Source: Escherichia phage chee24
DNA length: 64,000 nucleotides
Direction: 5' to 3' (one strand)
Sequence record: NC_047885.1
Shown here piece after piece: positions 39,846 to 49,137 of the stretch (position 1 is its first letter; the number at the start of each line of letters is the position of its first letter). The notes beneath the pieces were generated by a model, which ran no database searches, was not told where the DNA came from, and worked only from the letters and a program-made list of their open reading frames with translations. The translations under genes and the position numbers were made by a program.

Positions 39846-40214
39846 TTACCGTGCACGAGATCTAGCATGTGGCTTAACGTTAGGAATCCTTCCGTTTTGC
39901 GGTTTATGCTTCTCAGCACGTTTACGTGCAGCATCTACAGCTTTAGCATCAAATATATTGATAATGTGTAGAACAAATTCTTTCTCTATAGGATCAGTAA
40001 TCCCATAAATATCAAATAAAACACCTAGAGCAGCCTTATCTTTACCTATAAAGATAGGAAAGTCACCTGGTATGAAGCAGTCAATTAGACTGTTATAAAT
40101 ATTCATACTAGTAGCTACAATAGGTGGAAAGTCTTCAAGTTCAACAGGCATGGCCTTAGGATCAGGCTCTATACCCATTGATTCACAAAGTATTAAATAT
40201 TGTTGTTTAGTCAT
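39846..40214 (-). CDS. putative tail assembly chaperone
   Basis: 122 aa; located between tail tube/p140-like genes and the tape measure gene, the usual chaperone position; no motif evidence. Confidence 0.35.
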   Translation of the reverse strand: MTKQQYLILCESMGIEPDPKAMPVELEDFPPIVATSMNIYNSLIDCFIPGDFPIFIGKDKAALGVLFDIYGITDPIEKEFVLHIINIFDAKAVDAARKRAEKHKPQNGRIPNVKPHARSRAR

Positions 40215-40275
40215 TTTAGATGCTGAGCTTTTAATACACTTATCTGCAAAATCAGCAACAGCATCTAGGAGTTCT

Positions 40276-40695
40276 TTACGCTTTTGGGCTACGAAAAGTG
40301 TCTAAATGGAACACTGTTTGGTTGATCCAAGAATCAAACGCAGCAGAGTTCTGCATAAGCATTACAGCATTGTCACGACTAAATGGAACTTCAGTATCAG
40401 GATCCGCATCTGTTTCAATCAGCATCAGTTTCTCAACATCACCAACTGTTAGACCAGTCCAACCTTTAATAGCTGCATCAACAAATGCTTCAATGAACTT
40501 GTCATCATCCTGTACTTGAATTAGAGTACCATTAACCCATTCATCACGTTTAGCAGAAGAAATAACACGTTTAGAAGTAGCGCGAGACATATAATTGAGT
40601 TCTAATTTAAAGTTCGGCATACCTGGGTAGGAAAGAGTAATAGTACGGGTATCAAGAGTAATATCTTTTAAGTTAATCATTTTTAATTTCTCCAA
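40276..40695 (-). CDS. putative tail assembly protein
   Basis: 139 aa; synteny only. Confidence 0.35.
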   Translation of the reverse strand: MEKLKMINLKDITLDTRTITLSYPGMPNFKLELNYMSRATSKRVISSAKRDEWVNGTLIQVQDDDKFIEAFVDAAIKGWTGLTVGDVEKLMLIETDADPDTEVPFSRDNAVMLMQNSAAFDSWINQTVFHLDTFRSPKA

Positions 40696-41575
40696 AGAAA
40701 TCTATTCTCACTGGGTCTGAAGAAGCAGTAGGTATAATATCCCACTCAACTCTATACACATCTGAGAAATCTAGGCGTTTTGTAATACGTGCTAAAGGAA
40801 AATCTATAGAAATATTATTATTTCTTATATTTAAAGGTACATCGGTTTCTGGTTCGATATTGTAAACCATATCTCCAGCAAAACGTTTTAAGTAGTATAG
40901 AGAAATGGTTGCCGAAGCATTCATTTCATTTACATAAGCTCTTTTATTATTATAAATTTTATTTATATCAAAAACACTCTTATCTTCTCTCCAAGAGCAC
41001 TGCTGCTGGAAGGATAAAGAGGCAGAAATAAGACCAGGTAAGATACTACCATTAGTAGAAGCTATTACTGGGCTATAAGACATAACTTCACCCTGTATAA
41101 TAGAAGCTGCTTCTCTATATGTAGATACTTCGGAGAATTTCCCTGACTCAATACCAACGTTAAGAATTGGTATATTCTTATCTAAAGAAAAATCTACTGT
41201 AGATACATAACAGTTTTCAAAATATACACAGTTGTTATCTTTATTTACTATATAGATATTAAACATAATAGGTTCAATATTGTTACTATATAGTGGTAGT
41301 AAGAAAGTATTACCTTTTCTGTCAAAACCTAGCCATTCAAAAAAGTTAGCTTCAGTAAGTGTATTACTAAAATTTATTGCTAATGATATAGAAGAAGGGG
41401 TTTGAGCATTTATAATAGAGTCTGCATAGTTAGTTCTACGATGAATAGTCCTACGAAGGGTCTTAAATTCTTCGTAGGAGGTTTGTACATCATAGTTTGA
41501 TAGGGCATCAAAATGAAATGCCCTACCATCATACTCAACTATAACTTTTGACTCTCGCATTAGAGAGTAGTACAT
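40673..41575 (-). CDS. minor tail protein (T5 p140-like)
   Basis: 300 aa; directly downstream (- strand) of the tail tube gene; synteny and size. Confidence 0.4.
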   Translation of the reverse strand: MYYSLMRESKVIVEYDGRAFHFDALSNYDVQTSYEEFKTLRRTIHRRTNYADSIINAQTPSSISLAINFSNTLTEANFFEWLGFDRKGNTFLLPLYSNNIEPIMFNIYIVNKDNNCVYFENCYVSTVDFSLDKNIPILNVGIESGKFSEVSTYREAASIIQGEVMSYSPVIASTNGSILPGLISASLSFQQQCSWREDKSVFDINKIYNNKRAYVNEMNASATISLYYLKRFAGDMVYNIEPETDVPLNIRNNNISIDFPLARITKRLDFSDVYRVEWDIIPTASSDPVRIDFFGEIKND

Positions 41576-41579
41576 TTAT

Positions 41580-42986
41580 TTAACCACCAGCACTAACTGT
41601 GATAGTTTTAGTACCTTCTACACCAGAACCGTCTTTAGCTACAGCCTTCACAGTAACTGCACCAGTTTTAGAAGCATCAGCTGTTAATAACCCAGATTCT
41701 GCATCAATCGTAGCTGCGTTACCACTAGAAATAGACCAAGTTACAGCCTTATTAGTAGCTTCTGGAGGTGTTACCTCAACAGACATCTGTAAAGTATTAC
41801 TATTTGTTACAGAAACAGCCTCACCTGCCGATTTAACTGTAATGGATTTAACGGGAACTGGAGGAGTTTTAGCACCATCTCCGGTAGCAATTAGATTCGC
41901 TATTGTAGTTTTGGTATACTTGTTAGAGAAGCCTAAGTATCCTTCGTCACCAGTATCCAAATCAGTAGGAATAGCTTTAAACTCTACTGAAGTACCAAGT
42001 ACATCATCAGTCTCAATAGTAGGGATGTTAACGTGCGCCTGTTTAGCAACTAGCACAGCTGCCGGTCGCTCATCATCGTATTCACCACCCAAAATAAGTG
42101 CAATTTCAAAACGGTTAACTACCTTAAGGGTTTTGACAAGATCTTTGTATAGTTCCATAGAACCAAGAGCTTTATCGTTAAGGTATGCTGTTAGAGAACC
42201 AGTTAATTCAAATGCACCTGTAAATGAGCCGATTGGAATATTTACACGTGACATAATATTCGGGGTTAGGTACGTGATGTTGTTATTAATGGTAAAAGTA
42301 CCGCCAGTAATAGGAATATCATATGCCTTATCAGAATCCATATCCTTAATTTTTAGGATAGTTAACTTGTTCTTTATATAAGAACTCTGAATAGTCATAT
42401 AGGTTTCATCATCAATACCTAATGCATCTGGATCAAATGGTTGGCTATCTAACGGGATGAGCTGATTACCATTACCAGACCAAGTTACACGACCAATATC
42501 CTCAATATCAACGTTAACTTCTGCCTGGTTGATCTGGCAAGAGTCAATATAGCTCCATGCTTTGTCAGTAAGAATGTAGATGTGCAGCATAGCCAACTCA
42601 TGATAAGAGTTATCTTTAAAGTTAACCATGAAGTTAGCTTCATTATTATGCGCACCTGTGTCTCCCTCAAGGTTTAATGCTTTACCACTAGAAAGAGCAT
42701 GCCATAACATGTAGTCGGGAACAATCTGTTTATTAGAGGTTTTATCCTTGTATGGCAGGATATAGGTGGAGAAGCTCCACTCAGCCGCGTTTAAGGAATC
42801 GTTAAAACGTTTAGAACCACGAGTAGGACGCGGACCAGCTTCGTTAACAGTAATATCTGTTGAGTTACTGTCCTGACCCCAAGAAATATCATCCTGAACT
42901 AGAATCTCTTGCGTGTTGGTCTTATTGTGACCAGTCTTAACCGTAGACACGAAGATTCGAGTATTACGTAATAGTTGTAAAGACAT
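41580..42986 (-). CDS. tail tube protein (T5 pb6-like) with C-terminal Ig-like domain
   Basis: 468 aa; C-terminal about 90 aa resemble a bacterial Ig-like (Big_2) domain (VTVKSAGEAVSV...VTWSISSGNAATIDAESGLLTA...). Confidence 0.65.
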   Translation of the reverse strand: MSLQLLRNTRIFVSTVKTGHNKTNTQEILVQDDISWGQDSNSTDITVNEAGPRPTRGSKRFNDSLNAAEWSFSTYILPYKDKTSNKQIVPDYMLWHALSSGKALNLEGDTGAHNNEANFMVNFKDNSYHELAMLHIYILTDKAWSYIDSCQINQAEVNVDIEDIGRVTWSGNGNQLIPLDSQPFDPDALGIDDETYMTIQSSYIKNKLTILKIKDMDSDKAYDIPITGGTFTINNNITYLTPNIMSRVNIPIGSFTGAFELTGSLTAYLNDKALGSMELYKDLVKTLKVVNRFEIALILGGEYDDERPAAVLVAKQAHVNIPTIETDDVLGTSVEFKAIPTDLDTGDEGYLGFSNKYTKTTIANLIATGDGAKTPPVPVKSITVKSAGEAVSVTNSNTLQMSVEVTPPEATNKAVTWSISSGNAATIDAESGLLTADASKTGAVTVKAVAKDGSGVEGTKTITVSAGG

Positions 42987-43012
42987 TTAATTATTTTCTC
43001 CTAATCTGTAAC

Positions 43013-43498
43013 TTATCTGCGAAGTGACCTACGTGGAGGCTGATACCTCACTGTTACATTTATTTCTGCTAAACCATATGGGGCCAGTAGACCCTCATCT
43101 GTACTAACTGATGTAATGCTCATATCAGTCGCCTCACATGGGAAGGTCGATCCATTAGGTTTACTAACAGTATATTCTAAATTTCCACCTGTGTCAATAA
43201 CGGTTTTTATATCCGCTACGAGTTTTTCAAGTTGCTCTTGAATGTCTGTTTTCTCTTTATCATACACCAGGATTGGAAGTTCTAAAAACATCCACTGTTG
43301 GCCTGAAGGAAGATACTGCCCAGTTTCAGTTCCGATATGAACTGCAACATAAGGAAACTCTCGTATCTCCTCAAACTTATAAGTTTGACGTGAGACGTTT
43401 CCATACAAGTTATTAAAATATTCATCTGGTTGAGAGCCATCCATTTGTTTGGCTATTCGGTCAACCAGAGCTTGTGCTATACTTGTTCTGTGATCCAT
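43013..43498 (-). CDS. putative tail completion protein (T5 p142-like)
   Basis: 161 aa; synteny and size. Confidence 0.4.
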   Translation of the reverse strand: MDHRTSIAQALVDRIAKQMDGSQPDEYFNNLYGNVSRQTYKFEEIREFPYVAVHIGTETGQYLPSGQQWMFLELPILVYDKEKTDIQEQLEKLVADIKTVIDTGGNLEYTVSKPNGSTFPCEATDMSITSVSTDEGLLAPYGLAEINVTVRYQPPRRSLRR

Positions 43499-43501
43499 TT
43501 A

Positions 43502-44269
43502 TTAGGTTCCTTGATTAACCTTAATTTTGTATCTGGAGTGAATTAAGTCTCTTGCAGCTTTAGCTATCGCCTCTCCAATTAGTCTTTGAGGGTTTCTAGC
43601 ACCTGGGTAGGGTCGTAAGGACAATCTTCGATATGTAGATACTGCAGGATTAAATACTGAATATGGACGTACCATATAATTATATGTAACATTTAATTCA
43701 GGAGCACCTTTGCTAGTTCCAGCATCTCTAAGCATAACATCTTTAACTTTTAGAGAATTTGCAAAACGACCTGTTCTAAATTTAAGTGGAGCTCCTGCTT
43801 TTTTCATATCCTTTATTAAGTATTCTTTAGCAACCAACTCCAGAATAACCTTCATATTACTATTTGATACAAAACGACCAGAAGCACCTGTTACTGCACC
43901 AGAATATCCATCTTCTACGTCTCTAGGATCCCCAAAGTTTACTTGAACTCTCCCAGTAGAACGTTTTTTACCTACAGAGGATTTTTTACCGGCAGTTGCC
44001 TGTATGAGACTTTCTAAAGCCCCTAAATCTCCAGAAAGATCCAAGCTAGAGGATACAGCTTTTAGTATAGAAGCTGTTCTAACATTAAGGAGATCTTGGG
44101 ATACAGGTTTTGAGAACTTAAAAGATACCTGAGCAACAGTACCATCCCTAGTAGGATCTTTTAGTCCTGTTTCAACAGAATATACAACGGTATTCTTATT
44201 GTTCTCGGAACGCCCAACATTATCTAGCTGCTCCTTAATAATTTGTGTAGCTAAATCAGAAAGAGACAT
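43502..44269 (-). CDS. putative neck / tail terminator protein
   Basis: 255 aa between head and tail gene blocks; synteny only. Confidence 0.35.
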   Translation of the reverse strand: MSLSDLATQIIKEQLDNVGRSENNKNTVVYSVETGLKDPTRDGTVAQVSFKFSKPVSQDLLNVRTASILKAVSSSLDLSGDLGALESLIQATAGKKSSVGKKRSTGRVQVNFGDPRDVEDGYSGAVTGASGRFVSNSNMKVILELVAKEYLIKDMKKAGAPLKFRTGRFANSLKVKDVMLRDAGTSKGAPELNVTYNYMVRPYSVFNPAVSTYRRLSLRPYPGARNPQRLIGEAIAKAARDLIHSRYKIKVNQGT

Positions 44270-44781
44270 TATACTCTCCTGTAAACTTCAATAATAGTAC
44301 GAATATGCTCTGGAATACCAGATTTAGTATTATTAAAGGTAACTGTTTCACCACCAATTGTTTTAGCTTGGCGATAATCCTGTTTATGCCAATGATCTAC
44401 TAGCATACATGCTGCAAGTTTGAGATCTTCAGGAATTGGATTAAATCCACCTTGTGTGTATTCTACATCCATATAACCTTCTGGAGGATTAAATTTAAGA
44501 AGTATAACCCCATCAGAATACAACTTATACTGTTCGGGATCTATCTCCTTATCATTAATAGTCATTTTGGTTACTGAAGTAGCTGAGGGAGAACTTAAAA
44601 AGTATTTTTTACGAGTAGGTTTTGTATTGATTAACTGGTCTACCGCATCAGCATCATCCATACCTAAAAGGCTAGTAATCAGCGCATTGGCAGCAGTAAT
44701 CATCATCTCTACTCCAGATTCTAGTTCCGGTCGTTTTAACCCGCCGTATAATCTATAGTCTTCAGCTGTGATTATTTGCAT
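44269..44781 (-). CDS. putative head completion / head-tail adaptor protein
   Basis: 170 aa; ATG start immediately after the capsid-gene terminator; synteny only. Confidence 0.35.
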   Translation of the reverse strand: MQIITAEDYRLYGGLKRPELESGVEMMITAANALITSLLGMDDADAVDQLINTKPTRKKYFLSSPSATSVTKMTINDKEIDPEQYKLYSDGVILLKFNPPEGYMDVEYTQGGFNPIPEDLKLAACMLVDHWHKQDYRQAKTIGGETVTFNNTKSGIPEHIRTIIEVYRRV

Positions 44782-44794
44782 TTATTTTTCCCAA

Positions 44795-44826
44795 TAAAAA
44801 AAAAAAAAGGAGAGCCGAAGCTCTCC
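44795..44826 (-). terminator. strong rho-independent terminator after the major capsid gene
   Basis: - strand GGAGAGC-UUCG-GCUCUCC followed by a 14-nt U-run; same UUUUUUAUUGGGAAAAAUAAA module precedes the next ATG. Confidence 0.7.
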
Positions 44827-44847
44827 TTATCGGCTGAAAAGCCTGTA

Positions 44848-46224
44848 TTAAGATGCAGCGTAAGCACCAGATACAACGCCATTTGCAAAGTAACGTTGCA
44901 GGTTAACACGCTGAGTAACGTAGTATGCGTCACGCTGTTTACCAGCTTGGCGCTCACGTTCAACAGTAACAGCACGCTGGCGTGGCATTACGAAGTTATC
45001 TTTATAAACAATAACTGCGAACTCTGCAGAAGTAGCTTTAGCTGGGAAGTACTCAGAAACTACAACCGGCAGACCATAAATACGACCAACCTGACCCTGC
45101 AGTTTAACAGCATCATTACCAACCTGGGCAACATCCTGCCATTCTTCATCTTCCAGCAGATCGTAGTAAGCATCCATAGATACGATCAGTACCAGTTTGC
45201 TCAGCTTCAGACCATGACGACCTAGTTTACGACGCAGTTTAGAGATAGTTTTAGCAGTTACCAGTACGGAACCATCAGCTTTAGCTTCAGTAATAACTTT
45301 AGCACTATCTTCACTAGCAAGAGTCAGCAGACCTTTCGGCTTACCGGAACCATCACCAGTCATGAAGGCTTCTTCAATAGAAACAGCGTGTGCCTCAATC
45401 AGACGCTTACGAAGTAGTGGCAGCAGAGAGAAGATTGCATCTTCTTCGGTTTCATCAGTAATGAAGGACTTAGCAGCCAGTTTATAAGTACTGAAGTGGA
45501 TTTCTTTAAGAGCGCCTTTAACTTCATCACCAGTAGTTGTATCAGTACCATAAGTAGAAGCAGCAACCCAAGTAGCTTTACCGGCATCCGGTTCAACCAG
45601 CATAGTAAGAATCTTACTGGACATCGGCAGTTCTTCGAACAATGCGCCAACTACCAGCTCTTTCTGCAGGTCACGGATAATACGCTGAGAGAAAATAGTT
45701 TCATAGCTTTCACTAGAAACTTCTACAGAAGAAGACTGATTCACTGCTTTCAGGTGTCTCTGACCATGCTCGGTCTCGAATACGCCTTTTTCCATTACAT
45801 AAGATAACAGAACCAGTTTTTCAACTTCATCTTCAAAGTTTTCCTGAGTACCGTACAGTGCTTTAGCAACACTATCACCAACGAAGGAACGCCCTTCACG
45901 AGCTGTTAGCAGAGATTTGATCTCATCCTGAAGACCAACAATAGTTTCCTGTTGTTTTTCTACAGTTTGTGCAAATAGTTCTGCGCTCTTCTTAGATTTC
46001 TCATCCAGGGACTTAACCAGATCCAGAGCCTCTTCCAGACGCTTACGGTCTTCACCAACAGCTTTAGAAACCAGGTCATTCATACGAGCCAGTTCTTTTT
46101 CTTCCTGCTCTTTACGCATACGTTCAGCTTCCTGAGCTTTCTGAGCAGCGGTCAGACCTTCCAGAGATTTAGCCAGATCACCCAGACCAAGTTCTTCTTT
46201 CAGCTTATTAATATCAATAGTCAT
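44848..46224 (-). CDS. major capsid protein precursor (T5 pb8-like)
   Basis: 458 aa; N-terminal coiled-coil delta-like region; host-optimised codon usage; strong UUCG-loop terminator immediately downstream; follows the prohead protease gene. Confidence 0.75.
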   Translation of the reverse strand: MTIDINKLKEELGLGDLAKSLEGLTAAQKAQEAERMRKEQEEKELARMNDLVSKAVGEDRKRLEEALDLVKSLDEKSKKSAELFAQTVEKQQETIVGLQDEIKSLLTAREGRSFVGDSVAKALYGTQENFEDEVEKLVLLSYVMEKGVFETEHGQRHLKAVNQSSSVEVSSESYETIFSQRIIRDLQKELVVGALFEELPMSSKILTMLVEPDAGKATWVAASTYGTDTTTGDEVKGALKEIHFSTYKLAAKSFITDETEEDAIFSLLPLLRKRLIEAHAVSIEEAFMTGDGSGKPKGLLTLASEDSAKVITEAKADGSVLVTAKTISKLRRKLGRHGLKLSKLVLIVSMDAYYDLLEDEEWQDVAQVGNDAVKLQGQVGRIYGLPVVVSEYFPAKATSAEFAVIVYKDNFVMPRQRAVTVERERQAGKQRDAYYVTQRVNLQRYFANGVVSGAYAAS

Positions 46225-46241
46225 TTTTAAATAATTCTCCG

Positions 46242-46874
46242 TTATTCTTTAACGTAGCCTAAAGCTATCGCAAGTTTTTCTAGTTCAGAAAGATTACGTT
46301 CTTGAGCTGGGACAGCTTTAGAACTTATTGCAGTAAAAGATTTACGCCATTCAGTATAATCATGACCATTCATGCTCTTAGCGAGATTGAATGTTGAGTC
46401 CTGATTACAAGGTACAGAAACTACCGAGACTTCGTATAGTTCTAAATCTTTAATAATAAATATATCAGTAGCTTCATCCCACTCTGCATCTAGGCAGCGG
46501 AATCCGATACTAAAAGTTTTCAGTACACCGTTTTTAATTAGTGAAAAGATAGCCGGGTCAGAACTTTCATAGATCTCGCATTCGATTTCGAGACCCATTT
46601 CAGTAGGGTTAAGATCAATACACTTACCGATTGGACGACGATGATCGTGTCCGAAAAGAATAATCGGGTTTTTCATATAGTTAGTAAGTGCATTAGATGT
46701 TTTCCACGCAGAAGCAGGAATTACATCACCAGCGCGATCTTTACTAATTGTATTAGCGAATCCACGGATTTTTACAACGCCCTCTTTGGATTCACTATCA
46801 ATAGATTTAATATAAGCATCTAAATGAACGGGTGCTGATTTTAACTTGTTATAGTCAATAGCAGCTTGTGTCAT
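46242..46874 (-). CDS. prohead maturation protease
   Basis: 210 aa between decoration/portal and capsid genes; contains His and Ser candidates (GHDHRRP, SIGF) as in HK97-type proteases. Confidence 0.55.
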   Translation of the reverse strand: MTQAAIDYNKLKSAPVHLDAYIKSIDSESKEGVVKIRGFANTISKDRAGDVIPASAWKTSNALTNYMKNPIILFGHDHRRPIGKCIDLNPTEMGLEIECEIYESSDPAIFSLIKNGVLKTFSIGFRCLDAEWDEATDIFIIKDLELYEVSVVSVPCNQDSTFNLAKSMNGHDYTEWRKSFTAISSKAVPAQERNLSELEKLAIALGYVKE

Positions 46875-46877
46875 TTA

Positions 46878-47372
46878 TTAGCCTCCAGGAACAGTAGGAT
46901 TAACTGTCACAGCACATGCAGTAGAATCCTTACTTACTTGCTTACTATCTGTTACAGTTACTTTATAAGAACCGGCATCCTCAGCTGCTGCTGTAGGCTT
47001 AGTATAGGTAGCTCCTGAAGCATCCGGAATAGGAGAACCATCTTTAGTCCACGCATAAGTATATGGACCAGTACCACCAGCTGCAGTAACAGAAAGTGTT
47101 AATGCTGCTCCCTCTTCAACCGACATGCTAGCAGTTAAATCTTTAGAAAGAGTTAACGGTGGGGCCGGTGGAGCAGGAGGAACTGCTTTACCATAAGCCT
47201 CTACAAATTTCTTCCATACTTTACGGTTAGTATGCGCAGATGAAAGTCCTAGTTCTCTACGCAGAAAAGCATAGCTAGGAACATATTTATGTGCAGCAAC
47301 CGTAGCAAAGAAGATATGAGATTCTGGCAGTTTTTCACCAAAAATGGTCTTTAGACCATTATAATCAATCAT
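46878..47372 (-). CDS. capsid decoration protein with Ig-like domain (T5 pb10-like)
   Basis: 164 aa; proline-rich linker (PPAPPAPP) followed by an Ig-like beta domain (LTLSVTAAGGTGPYTYAWTKDGS). Confidence 0.5.
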   Translation of the reverse strand: MIDYNGLKTIFGEKLPESHIFFATVAAHKYVPSYAFLRRELGLSSAHTNRKVWKKFVEAYGKAVPPAPPAPPLTLSKDLTASMSVEEGAALTLSVTAAGGTGPYTYAWTKDGSPIPDASGATYTKPTAAAEDAGSYKVTVTDSKQVSKDSTACAVTVNPTVPGG

Positions 47373-48586
47373 TCTTTATCTCCCTCGGTGGAACCTTGAG
47401 GTCTACCACCTTCTTGACCAGATACACCTGTTGCAGAACCAGCAACGTTAGCAGGAATACGAATCCTATCCATCTGCTCATCATCTAAAGGTTCAAGGTT
47501 CAGCTCTAAACGAGCTTCGTTACCAGTCATAATACCATTATTAACCAATGAGGTTAAATGTTTAGCCTCAGCTTCTTTATCTGGTGTTAATGCAGCTACC
47601 TCCTTAGTATTAGGGGTAATCTTATAACCAAAAAAGAAAGTAAGAGAACTAGTCAGTTTGTTCAGCATAGGAATGATAGTCATATAATAGAACAATTCGA
47701 TGTTTGGTCGAATATTCGCATTATTACCACCATCAAGCAGTACTTGCGGAACTCCAAAGGCTAGACAAATAGATTTATTAAATCCTTCGATGTCTTCCTT
47801 AAAGTCTAGATCTTTAAAAGAGGATATTTGGGAGTACGGTTTAGCTTTCATACCACCATCTAGAATCAGGACAGAAGACTGACCAGTACTAGGATTATAA
47901 TCGAGTTGTAATTCTTCTTGTTTACGCTCACGCAATTTCTTGTTCAGGATTTCATCCGTCTCAAGAATAAGACCAATCACGGTTCCGTTATCGAGGAATT
48001 TCTCTTTAAAGTTAAGCATCTTAGAACGCTTCTCGAGGGAATCAATAACAGTAGCAACACGAGATTGTCCAGAAATTTGAGAATTTGTGCCACACACGTA
48101 ACTGTTATCCTTTATAAAGATAATCTCATCTACGCGATAGTCTATCTGATTATTAAATATAAATTTTTTGATAAACTTATTGGCATCTGCCTCGACCTGC
48201 ATAAGAGCAGCCGGGACATGGTAAAGCGATGTGCCATCCCAATAGATGTATGCACAACCTTCAAAAAGTAGGTCAGTGACTACAAGTCTACGGAATGTGC
48301 TTATATCCATGAATGGATTAGGTCGTACATTTAAGAGAGTGTCTAGAGTCTTTGTTTTGACGCCATTAGCGTACGTAACAATATTATATTTATCTCCGAC
48401 AGTATAAGAACACTCCGCCGCACTATCTATAACCATATTGGCAGTTCTATTGAGAATCTCAATTTTACTGTAGGCTTGTCCAGTGGTAAAAGGCTTACGG
48501 TTAGTGCGATGACTAACTGGTTCCATGTCTCTTATAATACGTTGACCCGGATTTAGCTTTTCAGTAATCCAGCTTTTAAAACCCAT
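47369..48586 (-). CDS. portal protein
   Basis: 405 aa, downstream (- strand) of terminase/HNH genes; size matches T5 portal (about 403 aa). Confidence 0.7.
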   Translation of the reverse strand: MGFKSWITEKLNPGQRIIRDMEPVSHRTNRKPFTTGQAYSKIEILNRTANMVIDSAAECSYTVGDKYNIVTYANGVKTKTLDTLLNVRPNPFMDISTFRRLVVTDLLFEGCAYIYWDGTSLYHVPAALMQVEADANKFIKKFIFNNQIDYRVDEIIFIKDNSYVCGTNSQISGQSRVATVIDSLEKRSKMLNFKEKFLDNGTVIGLILETDEILNKKLRERKQEELQLDYNPSTGQSSVLILDGGMKAKPYSQISSFKDLDFKEDIEGFNKSICLAFGVPQVLLDGGNNANIRPNIELFYYMTIIPMLNKLTSSLTFFFGYKITPNTKEVAALTPDKEAEAKHLTSLVNNGIMTGNEARLELNLEPLDDEQMDRIRIPANVAGSATGVSGQEGGRPQGSTEGDKE

Positions 48587-49023
48587 TATAAGAACCTTGC
48601 GAATCCTGATTTTGTTTCAGTCTTGACTTGTGTCTTTTCTTGAGGATTCTGTAATTTGTCTTTCTGCTTTTGAACCCATGCTTTCTGTTTATTAGCAGAA
48701 AATAAAGGAGGTTCTTTCGTGTAAACCTTATGTAATAGTTGGTGATGGTGTACACAAAGGGTAACAGTGTCTTCTACTAGCTCATGCCTATATCGATCAT
48801 AGAATGCCGTCCTATTTGAAAGGACTGTTTCTTCGTCAGTGAAATCCAATTGGAGTTCTTTAGCAAATTTTTTAACTAGTAGAGACACCGTATGGTAATG
48901 ATGAAGCTCTAATTCTTCAGCACAACCGCAGATAGCACATTGAGAGTCTTTTTTATATTGACTTTTTATTCCGTCTCTCATAAGGGATATAGCATCGCGT
49001 TTATATTTTATATTGCTTGCCAT
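48586..49023 (-). CDS. HNH endonuclease
   Basis: Start at ATG 49023 (RBS GAGGAG); the track ORF extends to 49110. HNH-type motifs CAICGC...ELELHHYH...CVHHHQLLH; adjacent to the terminase. Confidence 0.7.
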   Translation of the reverse strand: MASNIKYKRDAISLMRDGIKSQYKKDSQCAICGCAEELELHHYHTVSLLVKKFAKELQLDFTDEETVLSNRTAFYDRYRHELVEDTVTLCVHHHQLLHKVYTKEPPLFSANKQKAWVQKQKDKLQNPQEKTQVKTETKSGFARFL

Positions 49024-49137
49024 AGTGTTCTCCTCAACTGTATGAATATAGTATACATAATCGTATCGAATTTGTAAAGGGGATTTTAAAATACAGGAAT
49101 GGGATACCAACTGAGTAGTATCCCATCCTATACTTAT

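Noticed and set aside
39846-40695. Programmed -1 frameshift between the two putative tail chaperone ORFs
   Set aside because: The ORFs are separated by about 60 bp with no overlap and no slippery heptamer seen by eye.
41599-42381. 260-aa ORF on the + strand inside the late region
   Set aside because: Antisense to the tail tube gene; the late module is uniformly - strand and this frame has no start context.
44776-45225. 149-aa ORF on the + strand beginning in the poly-A tract
   Set aside because: Overlaps the capsid-gene terminator and runs antisense to the major capsid gene.
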